A stretch of DNA of 51,041 bases from a bacterium. Lineage in GTDB: Bacteria; Patescibacteriota; Dojkabacteria; GCA-016699595; JBAXKR01. The notes below the pieces were generated by a model that had not been told where the DNA came from, did no database searches, and worked only from the letters and a program-made list of their open reading frames with translations. Position 1 is the first letter of the stretch; each line of letters starts with the position of its first letter. The stretch spans positions 73,345 through 124,385 of the forward strand of contig JBAXRR010000001.1 of assembly GCA_037131125.1 (NCBI GenBank), written 5' to 3'. The translations under genes and the position numbers were made by a program. This document shows, piece after piece, positions 43,935 to 51,041 of this stretch.

Positions 43935-45218
43935 GTGGCAAATTTAAATACTCAGCTAGGACCCAATGGAGTCAAATTTTCTGGAATGGATAAATTACTA
44001 AGTGAATTCCCAAGTTTGTTCTATAAAATTCAAAGATATGAAGCTTCTATAAATACTGAAAATGTGAATACACCTGGGAAAAGAAATGAAATTCTTGGGG
44101 TCAAAGTTCCAAGTGTAATGATGAATCCTTTTGTGCAAGTATTTGAATTGCAGAAAGGTGGAAATGCTTCTCTTGGCTCGGCATTTATAGAAGAGCCTGG
44201 AAATACATTTGCACAAATGTTTTCAATGGGAGCAGAGGGAACAATTTATAGACAAATAAAAAAACAATCTAGAGAAGACTACAGTGCGAAACATGTCTCT
44301 CAGTTAAGACTTATCTCTAGCATTATTATGGAATTAGATAAAGTTGCAGGAATACAAGCAGCTATGGCTGGAAGTACTGGCACTGCTGAAGCATTTAACG
44401 AGTTTCTTCAATTTAGATTTGGTTTCGGAGATATATGGGATTTTACTAGAGCAATTATACTTGAATCAGGGTTTAAAATTAACGATGCCTTGGAGTATAT
44501 TAGGGTTATGAAAAGCTTTTATTATAAAAATGAAGAAGGAATAGCAAAAACATATGAAGGAGCAATTGGAAGAGGTGTAACTTCAGCTATTAATCAACCT
44601 ATTGTAGAAAAGGTATATAATGCTATTCTTAAGAAGCCTGTAGCATTTCTTTCTACAGCACTGGTTCCTTTCTTGGGAAGTGAAATACAAAGACCATTTA
44701 AAAATATTCCTTTAATTGGAGGTGCAGTGTCAATTGTAGCAGTTACTGCTTTACAAGGAGGAGCTTATGTATTAGCTCCCGGGCTTTCCTTTGCCGCTCC
44801 ATCTGTAGCTACTGCTCTTATTCCTGCTGTTATAGTAGGATATGTTGTTTCAGGGGTAATTGGTCATGTCAATAGAGATATATGTATGGAATACATGATA
44901 GAAGGTGAGCATTTAAAACTATTTAAATGGGCATGGATGAAAGCTGTTAAACTAGTTGCACCTGCATTTGTTCAAAAATTGGATAAAAATAGAGAGGATA
45001 AGGAAATGATGGAAGCGCTTCAGCTTACAAAGAAGGAAAAATACATTAATTTAAATTTACTTTTCCATCCTACTTTCATAAAAGAGGTTTGGGGGCGTCT
45101 TGGTGTTAGTGAAGCAGATCTAGAGTTCATGAAGGAAATAAGAGAGAATCCAGGAGTTTTACCTGCAGCTTACGAGTATAGAGAGAACGAGGGACCACAA
45201 GAACCTAAAGAGCATTAA
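43935..45218 (+). CDS. Hypothetical membrane protein (427 aa from GTG; alternative ATG at 43986)
   Basis: Same reading frame as the preceding gene, 20 sense codons after its TAG. Central Gly/Ala-rich hydrophobic block: LSTALVPFLG...IPLIGGAVSIVAVTALQGGAYVLAPGLSFAAPSVATALIPAVIVGYVVSGVIG. The start codon is uncertain. Confidence 0.7.
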   Translation: MANLNTQLGPNGVKFSGMDKLLSEFPSLFYKIQRYEASINTENVNTPGKRNEILGVKVPSVMMNPFVQVFELQKGGNASLGSAFIEEPGNTFAQMFSMGAEGTIYRQIKKQSREDYSAKHVSQLRLISSIIMELDKVAGIQAAMAGSTGTAEAFNEFLQFRFGFGDIWDFTRAIILESGFKINDALEYIRVMKSFYYKNEEGIAKTYEGAIGRGVTSAINQPIVEKVYNAILKKPVAFLSTALVPFLGSEIQRPFKNIPLIGGAVSIVAVTALQGGAYVLAPGLSFAAPSVATALIPAVIVGYVVSGVIGHVNRDICMEYMIEGEHLKLFKWAWMKAVKLVAPAFVQKLDKNREDKEMMEALQLTKKEKYINLNLLFHPTFIKEVWGRLGVSEADLEFMKEIRENPGVLPAAYEYRENEGPQEPKEH

Positions 45219-45238
45219 TAATTAATAATTAGTTAGAT

Positions 45239-48061
45239 ATGGAAACACCATCTACAATAGATTTAGCAAAAACAACTCTTATTGTTAAGGCTGTTACTGT
45301 TGAAAATGTCTCAGATCCTGCACATTTCTTAAGATATGGCAGAAGGAAATTGAAATCTGATACACAAAATATTGTTGCAACACAGCAAACAAATCCTTTG
45401 GATATTTTAGCAAGTGTTGGTGTTAAGTCCGAACATGGTGGGCATCATAATTCGGCAGAGCATCTCCATAGTATTATGGACGAAATATTTAGACTAGAGG
45501 GAAGAAGAACAGCAGATTATGGAGGTGAAATGGCAAAGTTAAGAGGATTAGCAAAAGAAAGTGAATTTCATAACAACGTGACTGAGCTGCTTAAACAGTG
45601 TTCCAAAGTCACGGGTAAAGACTATTTAAGCAAAGAAAATATTGAAGTATTAGTTAGATTTATTGAATTATCTAAAGAACCTACTAATATTGTTACTGAA
45701 AATTACATAGATGCTAAAGGAAATCGTCTATCAAGGCGTAATCTTCGTGTGTTTACTATTACAGCCTTAGCAGCTTCAGCTCTCAGGACTCCAAATAATG
45801 TGGACAAAGCGAAAGCAAATGAAGCAAGTAACCTTCTTGCACTTTTTTCTAAACCTATGGCTTCAAGAGAAAATTTCTATCCTAAATCACTATTGAATAT
45901 ATTACTGGATATGTCAAAACAGTCTTCTACGGGAATTGTGTCTAAAGAAGAAGTTGAAAAAGCAAAGAAACTTTCTGGATTGTATTCAGACCTACTTGAA
46001 TCAAGCGAAGAAGAATCCGAACATACTAAACCACTTAGAAATGTTTATGAGGCTGCCAGAAAGGTTGTTGAAGGTGTTCAAAAAATTGAAATTGGGAGAA
46101 GGCTTGCCGAACAAGAAATTGTGCTAAAAAACTTTATTGAAAGAATTGGCAAATTCAAAGATAGTTATGACGCAGTTGTAAAGGTTGCTGAACATATCAA
46201 AAACGAAATGGATTCTACAAAAAAGATATTTTCAGGAATTGACGTATACATTCTTGCACAAGACCCTTCTGCAGGAAGATCATTAGTACAATTTGTTGAA
46301 AGTGAATTGGGAAAAGATATTTCTGTGAGAGAAAAAGTAACTTCAATTAGTGGTAAGTTAAATTTACTTAAAGCTGAAGCAAGTGCATATGCTCTTGGAA
46401 AGAGGGAAACTTTACAATTAAAGAAATTGTTTGAAGATGCCGAGCAGCAAGTTCTTTTATTAGTTGAAAATAATGATCGATTAAAGGCAACAAATTCACA
46501 GATTGCAATTGCTAGGATGTTTAGTGTAAATAGGGCAATTTTAGATTTGCCAAAAGTAAGTATTACCAATCCAGGTGCTCGTGAAAAAATTTTTGAATAC
46601 TTTCGAACATTAACATTGAAGAACGAAAAGGGTTATCGTTTTTATAAACCCGAGTTTTCTTCTGTTGATTTTACATTGGATAGCTCCTCGAATTATTTTG
46701 CTGACTTAAATGCAAAAATGGCTCTTTCCAATAGTGGAAGACCATCTACTGATCCGGAAATAAATTATGTTAGAGAAATATTGTCTCTATACGAAGAAAT
46801 GGCATTGGATGTGAAAAGTTTTAATCAAAAGGAAGTTGAAATAAAAGCAATCGAAGAAAGATTTGACTCGGAAGTTGAGATAGAAGCTAAAAGGTTAGCT
46901 GAAGAATCTCCTTTGGTTTCACAAAATCCTGCTTTGCATAATGAAGCTATTGGGGATGCACCAAAATATGGTTTAAGAAGTGATAGAGAAAACTTTAACA
47001 CTATAACTTCAGCAAGATTTAAATTCGCGAGCACATTAATACATGCAGCGGGATTGCTCAGTGCAGATGTTGTTTTGGGTTTATCATTAGGTGCTTTACC
47101 AATTCAAGGAGTTTTGCCAAATGTTTTGGCTTCTATTGGCTTAGCAGCAATACCATATGCGGGTTTTGCTGTACTTAGCCGTATTGCAGCAAATAAAGAA
47201 ATCTCAGAAGATAGTCCTGCTATGAGATCATTTAAAGAGAAGTATCCAGATCGAGTTACAGGAAGCATAACCATTTTAAATAAACCAATTGAAATTCCTA
47301 GACCTGCTTTAAATCTTGCTGTTGCCAGTGCAACTATTTTATTTCTTGGCTTTATGATTAGTACTAGAGTTTCAGAAGTAAGAGCAAAGTGGACTGTTTG
47401 TGTATCAACTATAACACCTGACGGAAGTATGACAACTGATCCGTTTAAGGCAATTTCGCAAAGATTTAGGATGTTAAACGTAAATGAGCAGGAAACTTAT
47501 GAAACTACTGCTATCAGAATTACAAAATTAGTCAACAGCACTGCGTTCTTAAATTCTCCTAATGTGGATCCTGATAAAAATATTTTTACTGAACTTGGAC
47601 CGGATCAAATTGCTGATCTCTACAGTTTGTATGGAATGGGTATTACGAATGCAGATATAAAATATACTCAAAACGGAAATGATCTTGAGCAAGTCTTTGC
47701 AAGAGTATTCGCTGCTACAGCAATAAATTTACCACTGAATAATCCTGAGGTTTCAAGCTTATCAAGAGATCAAAAAGAGATTGAAACTGCAAAAACAATT
47801 GCAGAACACATAAAGAATTTGACACCAAGTCAAAGAGCAATAGCTCATCAAGTTATCTTTGAAGCATTTTCAAGCAAGGCTAAACCTTGGTTGGATGGGA
47901 TATCAGATAAATCTCGCCCAACTGCATTAAAAAACTATACTGATGCAACAAATGCTGCAATAGATCAACTTCTTAATGATCCAAATCTTGAAACTAAGAT
48001 TTTGGATGAGCTTAATGCAATAAGGGTTGAAGGAATTAGGCCTCGATGCAATCCAAAATAA
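45239..48061 (+). CDS. Hypothetical large membrane protein (940 aa): about 620-aa soluble coiled-coil-like N-domain, TM hairpin(s), C-terminal domain
   Basis: ATG start 20 nt after the previous stop. Hydrophobic segments are STLIHAAGLLSADVVLGLSLGALPIQGVLPNVLASIGLAAIPYAGFAVL and LNLAVASATILFLGFMISTRV. No catalytic motif recognised. Confidence 0.85.
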   Translation: METPSTIDLAKTTLIVKAVTVENVSDPAHFLRYGRRKLKSDTQNIVATQQTNPLDILASVGVKSEHGGHHNSAEHLHSIMDEIFRLEGRRTADYGGEMAKLRGLAKESEFHNNVTELLKQCSKVTGKDYLSKENIEVLVRFIELSKEPTNIVTENYIDAKGNRLSRRNLRVFTITALAASALRTPNNVDKAKANEASNLLALFSKPMASRENFYPKSLLNILLDMSKQSSTGIVSKEEVEKAKKLSGLYSDLLESSEEESEHTKPLRNVYEAARKVVEGVQKIEIGRRLAEQEIVLKNFIERIGKFKDSYDAVVKVAEHIKNEMDSTKKIFSGIDVYILAQDPSAGRSLVQFVESELGKDISVREKVTSISGKLNLLKAEASAYALGKRETLQLKKLFEDAEQQVLLLVENNDRLKATNSQIAIARMFSVNRAILDLPKVSITNPGAREKIFEYFRTLTLKNEKGYRFYKPEFSSVDFTLDSSSNYFADLNAKMALSNSGRPSTDPEINYVREILSLYEEMALDVKSFNQKEVEIKAIEERFDSEVEIEAKRLAEESPLVSQNPALHNEAIGDAPKYGLRSDRENFNTITSARFKFASTLIHAAGLLSADVVLGLSLGALPIQGVLPNVLASIGLAAIPYAGFAVLSRIAANKEISEDSPAMRSFKEKYPDRVTGSITILNKPIEIPRPALNLAVASATILFLGFMISTRVSEVRAKWTVCVSTITPDGSMTTDPFKAISQRFRMLNVNEQETYETTAIRITKLVNSTAFLNSPNVDPDKNIFTELGPDQIADLYSLYGMGITNADIKYTQNGNDLEQVFARVFAATAINLPLNNPEVSSLSRDQKEIETAKTIAEHIKNLTPSQRAIAHQVIFEAFSSKAKPWLDGISDKSRPTALKNYTDATNAAIDQLLNDPNLETKILDELNAIRVEGIRPRCNPK

Positions 48062-48117
48062 CTTGCCATTATTCATAAAATGGTGCAGAATAAAGTATAG
48101 ATGTTAATTTATTTTCA

Positions 48118-49626
48118 TTGAGAAAAACCACACTTGTATTGTTTATTGCCGTTTTTTTCTTATTTGGTTTATCTACCCTTTCAACTGTTCGAGCTCAAGA
48201 AAATCTTGGATCAAATTTGTTTCAAATGTATGGAGCAAGTGGAGGTTGTACTAACGAAGCAATTCCTGCTGGTTCTTCAGTCACAGCTGTTTCCCCTATT
48301 GTTACAGAAGACAATCCCTCTAATAAAGGAATCTTTGGTGTAAGTGCATCAGGTTTGTCAAATATTATATTAGGTTGTTCATATGCAACTACAGGTACTA
48401 CGGGAGCAACTTCTAGTAGTAATTACTATGGTGGAGGAATATTAGGTTCTGTTGGTGGTTTTGCTGGATCATTTTATGCTAATCCACCAGCAAGTCTTGC
48501 ATATCAGATATCTAATACAATAACTAACATCTCCCCTGTACAAAGTGCAAACGCACAAGTTAATCTTGGTTCTTCACTTACAGGTTACGGTATCTTGCAA
48601 ATGATAGCCTCTGCTCATAGCACTGTTGTAAGTATTGTTTATGTTTTCTATATTTTTATATTTGCAGTTATTGCTTTTGCAATAATGTTTAGAGCAAAAC
48701 TTGGGGGACAACAATATGTAACAATAGTTAATGCAATTCCAAGAATAATAGTTTCATTAATATTAGTTGTTTTTAGTTATTCAATTGCAGGATTAATAAT
48801 AGATGTATCTAATATTGGGTTAAATGTTGTTTATAATATTTTTGTAAATAGTGTAGATATTAACGTTGGAACTGTTAAAGCCCCAATTATGAAAAAAGCT
48901 AGTGATGCATTTAAAACAGATCCTACTTTCTTAAGTCAACTGGGACCATTTAGTAATAAGATGAGTGTATTTCAAATATTTGGTTTTTCACAAGCAACTG
49001 TTTTCGACAGCCAAAATGGTGTAGGTGTAAATTTTGTCCCAATTAACTTTGGAGCAGGAGATGCAAATAGAATTGTAGATTCAATAACCAATACTATTAT
49101 GACGGTTGCTAGTGTTTCAGTTAATGGGGCAACAGGTGCAAATGCATTTCTTGTATTGCTTCTTGCTGTAGCGGCAATTACTTCGATGTTTAAACTGTTT
49201 TTTGCATTATTGAAAGATTTTATTACGTTAATCTTCTATCCGATTCTTGCGCCAATACAGTTTGCTCTCGTAGCAATTCCTGGACAGGAAAAAAGTGCCT
49301 TCAATTGGTTTAAGACAATGTTAGGTTCCTCTTTAAGTTTTGTGGCAGTTTATGCGGTGTTTGTTCTTATAGTGTACTTGGGACATGGATTCTTAAGTAC
49401 AAGTGCAAATCAATGGGTACCACCTTTATTGGGTTTTAGCTCAACCCCATCTATTTCTTTTATATCTTCACTTGCAGCATATGGTCTATTTATTATTTCC
49501 CCTGGAGTTCCAGATATGGTAAAAGGAATGTTAAATATTGATGCTTCAGTTAATAAATTTGGATCACAAATTGCAGAAACAACTAGAAAGGCTGCAAGTA
49601 CAGTTACATTTGGTCTTATTAAATGA
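48118..49626 (+). CDS. Polytopic membrane protein with cleavable-looking signal peptide (VirB6/TrbL-like topology; assignment tentative)
   Basis: TTG is the first possible start after an in-frame TAA at 48091, and the product begins directly with a signal peptide (MRKTTLVLFIAVFFLFGLSTLSTVRAQE). A Gly/Ser-rich ectodomain of about 130 aa is followed by about six TM helices, with a large loop between TM2 and TM3. Confidence 0.8.
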   Translation: MRKTTLVLFIAVFFLFGLSTLSTVRAQENLGSNLFQMYGASGGCTNEAIPAGSSVTAVSPIVTEDNPSNKGIFGVSASGLSNIILGCSYATTGTTGATSSSNYYGGGILGSVGGFAGSFYANPPASLAYQISNTITNISPVQSANAQVNLGSSLTGYGILQMIASAHSTVVSIVYVFYIFIFAVIAFAIMFRAKLGGQQYVTIVNAIPRIIVSLILVVFSYSIAGLIIDVSNIGLNVVYNIFVNSVDINVGTVKAPIMKKASDAFKTDPTFLSQLGPFSNKMSVFQIFGFSQATVFDSQNGVGVNFVPINFGAGDANRIVDSITNTIMTVASVSVNGATGANAFLVLLLAVAAITSMFKLFFALLKDFITLIFYPILAPIQFALVAIPGQEKSAFNWFKTMLGSSLSFVAVYAVFVLIVYLGHGFLSTSANQWVPPLLGFSSTPSISFISSLAAYGLFIISPGVPDMVKGMLNIDASVNKFGSQIAETTRKAASTVTFGLIK

Positions 49627-50852
49627 AAAAGTATATATTTTTTGTAACAACATTTTTCCTTATAGTGTTATTCTTTCCAATAACAGTTAAAGCTGTTGAT
49701 GCACCGCTGGAATGTCCAAGAGTTGGATATGATTATAGTAATCCTAAATCCGACTATACCAAGTTTGGAGATTATACTTGTTGTAAAACTCCTGAAGCAA
49801 TTTGTAAGGATCATATAGCTGACTATAAAAAGCTTCCTATAACTGCTGGAATGACGGATGATGATATTGTTGGATATTGTGTCAGTACTCCTTTAAAGCT
49901 TGATATCTCTTCAACTATTACAAGTGTAAAAGATAACTCGTTTTTGGGTGGATTAGGAGGTTCTTGTGTCTATAATGATAATACTAATCACTTTACTTAC
50001 CGTGATGATATAAAAGCAACAACGCCTGGTGGTGTAATACCATCAACAGCTAATGCAGTTTTAATTTGCGGGAAAGATGGAATGAAAGTTGGATGCGGAA
50101 AATATATTGACGTAAATGGAGCTAATGGTATCAGAGATTCACTTATTGATAGGACTTTAGCAATTCAAACCTTGCGATGTATAGCACTTTATGATACTGA
50201 CAGTGTTCTTAGTGTAAATAATAACCATACTCCTTACTCAAAAGAATTTGCTCCATCAGGGGTAGCACTTCAAGCTTTAGATATGTGTTGCCCAGAGAAC
50301 GACAGTGGGGATACTCTCGTACTAGAGTCTAAGGTTGGACAAGGCTCGGCACCATGTCAACATTTTTATCAAAACACTGCTGTGAAAAGAACATATACCT
50401 CTACTGAATTTGTTTCTTCCTTTAAGCCGTCTGAAATATGTAAGGCTGACTCAAAAGTAAACGGAGCTCCTGATGACTCAAATATAAATAAAGCATGTTG
50501 TATATGTTTGACTGGCAGTGAAAGTTGTCCTGATCCAAAAGATGGTGACCCGAAAAGTACTAATGTTTGGACAGGTATTGGATGTATTTCTACAACTACT
50601 TCAGGTTTTGCTGTAAGTTTACTTAGAATATTGTTTGGAATTATCACATTTGTATTACTTATTAGAATTGTTCAAGCAGGTTACCTATATCAATTTGGAG
50701 AGCCAGATAAGATTAAAGAAGCATGGCAGATAATTGGATCTGTAATTATGGGAGCAGTTGTATTTACTGCAGGTATTCTTATACTTAGATTTATTGGTTT
50801 TGATGTCTTAGGTCTTGGTGACTTCTTAGGAGCACTTCCTACTTTGAAATAG
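49623..50852 (+). CDS. Cys-rich secreted protein with a C-terminal T4SS-pilin-like (TrbC/VirB2-type) two-helix membrane module
   Basis: The ATG overlaps the upstream TGA (ATGA). Signal peptide MKKYIFFVTTFFLIVLFFPITVKAVDA. The ectodomain of about 300 aa is very Cys-rich. The C-terminus is LLRILFGIITFVLLIRIVQAGYLYQFGEPDKIKEAWQIIGSVIMGAVVFTAGILILRFIG. It resembles the helix / GG-x-x-Y-x-x-S-G-G-D-x-x-K / helix pattern of CPR-type T4SS pilins as I remember it. Confidence 0.8.
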   Translation: MKKYIFFVTTFFLIVLFFPITVKAVDAPLECPRVGYDYSNPKSDYTKFGDYTCCKTPEAICKDHIADYKKLPITAGMTDDDIVGYCVSTPLKLDISSTITSVKDNSFLGGLGGSCVYNDNTNHFTYRDDIKATTPGGVIPSTANAVLICGKDGMKVGCGKYIDVNGANGIRDSLIDRTLAIQTLRCIALYDTDSVLSVNNNHTPYSKEFAPSGVALQALDMCCPENDSGDTLVLESKVGQGSAPCQHFYQNTAVKRTYTSTEFVSSFKPSEICKADSKVNGAPDDSNINKACCICLTGSESCPDPKDGDPKSTNVWTGIGCISTTTSGFAVSLLRILFGIITFVLLIRIVQAGYLYQFGEPDKIKEAWQIIGSVIMGAVVFTAGILILRFIGFDVLGLGDFLGALPTLK

Positions 50853-50863
50853 TTTAAAGTAGG
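50838..50863 (+). terminator. Weak A/T-rich hairpin spanning the operon stop codon, possible (bidirectional) terminator
   Basis: CCTACTTTgAAA-tag-TTTAAAGTAGG: 8 bp plus 3 bp with one bulge, and the loop is the TAG stop at 50850-50852. It is followed by TAGTTGTTTATTTATT. It lies between two convergent genes. Confidence 0.35.
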
Positions 50864-50870
50864 TAGTTGT

Positions 50871-51041
50871 TTATTTATTCAGTTTCCTTTTTCATTAATG
50901 TAACACCAAGTTTCTCTTCTATTTGTTTTCTGTAGATTTCAAGATTCTTACCAAGGAATAACATCTTTGTTTTAGATTCCTGGTTATCATTCGTATTCAT
51001 TGGTTGTATATCTACTCTTCCAAATACACAGTTAATAAGAT
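50871..51041 (-). CDS. 3' end of an unidentified gene entering from the right edge
   Basis: The minus-strand frame is open from the window edge to TAA (plus TTA 50871-50873). Translation: ...LINCVFGRVDIQPMNTNDNQESKTKMLFLGKNLEIYRKQIEEKLGVTLMKKETE*. It is too short to identify and is not in the ORF track because it is edge-truncated. Confidence 0.35.

Noticed and set aside
46165-46569. 134-aa minus-strand ORF inside the 940-aa gene, and similar antisense ORFs at 41415..42163, 15332..15803 and 6968..8011
   Set aside because: They are embedded antisense in long, well-supported ORFs. Their sequences are low-complexity, with no flanking promoter or terminator signals.
34573-50852. Prophage or tail-module interpretation, with the 1,927-aa M23 protein as a tape-measure protein
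   Set aside because: Size, helicity, Gly-rich hydrophobic blocks and an M23 domain do resemble some tape-measure proteins. However, I saw no terminase, portal, capsid, tail tube/sheath, integrase or repressor-like genes, and no att-like repeats. The neighbours are membrane proteins with signal peptides. This is not excluded and is kept as an alternative to test under the relevant finding.
1-51041. Alternative genetic code (UGA as sense, as in some candidate phyla)
   Set aside because: Multi-kilobase ORFs are uninterrupted under the standard code, and TGA is used as a plausible stop (for example 49624-49626, overlapping the next ATG). I found no sign of in-frame TGA-split genes. The only suspicious in-frame stop is a TAG at 43872.
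1-51041. tRNA, rRNA, CRISPR arrays, IS elements
   Set aside because: Every intergenic gap is under 200 nt and A/T-rich, with no cloverleaf-compatible GC-rich stems. I noticed no regularly spaced direct repeats and no terminal inverted repeats flanking a transposase-like ORF.

Overview
AT-rich, very gene-dense bacterial window read with the standard code. I found no rRNA, tRNA, CRISPR array, transposase or integrase. By coordinates, about 57% of the bases belong to six genes of 940 to more than 2,255 codons. One of them (1..6765, minus strand) is missing from the supplied ORF track because it runs off the left edge; I read its frame by hand and found it open.

Layout:
- 1-30.9 kb, all minus strand: an edge-truncated LamG/CBM giant surface protein; a MacB/FtsX-type ABC pair; a histidine phosphatase; a 2,291-aa Cys-rich giant envelope protein carrying an HExxH motif; a housekeeping block (GNAT, a short alaS, argS, pyrG, aminotransferase) with an MNT-HEPN toxin-antitoxin pair overlapping argS; and an operon of a small membrane protein, an orphan solute-binding protein and a 1,061-aa Ig/cadherin-like protein.
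- 31-33.6 kb, plus strand: a DUF3048 protein and an unknown anchored protein.
- 33.6-50.9 kb, the part most worth follow-up: two divergent operons separated by only 41 bp. One encodes a 1,927-aa protein (long soluble N-domain, Gly-rich TM bundle, C-terminal M23 peptidase) plus a 331-aa anchored protein. The other encodes unrecognisable proteins of 1,158, 427 and 940 aa, then a signal-peptide-bearing polytopic protein (VirB6/TrbL-like topology) and a Cys-rich secreted protein ending in a T4SS-pilin-like two-helix module. No ATPase is visible in the cluster. I read this as a candidate uncharacterised envelope-spanning, T4SS-related surface apparatus, possibly from a Patescibacteria/CPR-like small-genome bacterium. 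Both points are inference.

Other observations: no Shine-Dalgarno motifs at any inspected start; several -10 boxes sit 5-6 nt from the ATG, suggesting leaderless mRNAs; and a single in-frame TAG separates the 1,158-aa and 427-aa ORFs.

All homology statements come from motif recognition by eye, not from searches.
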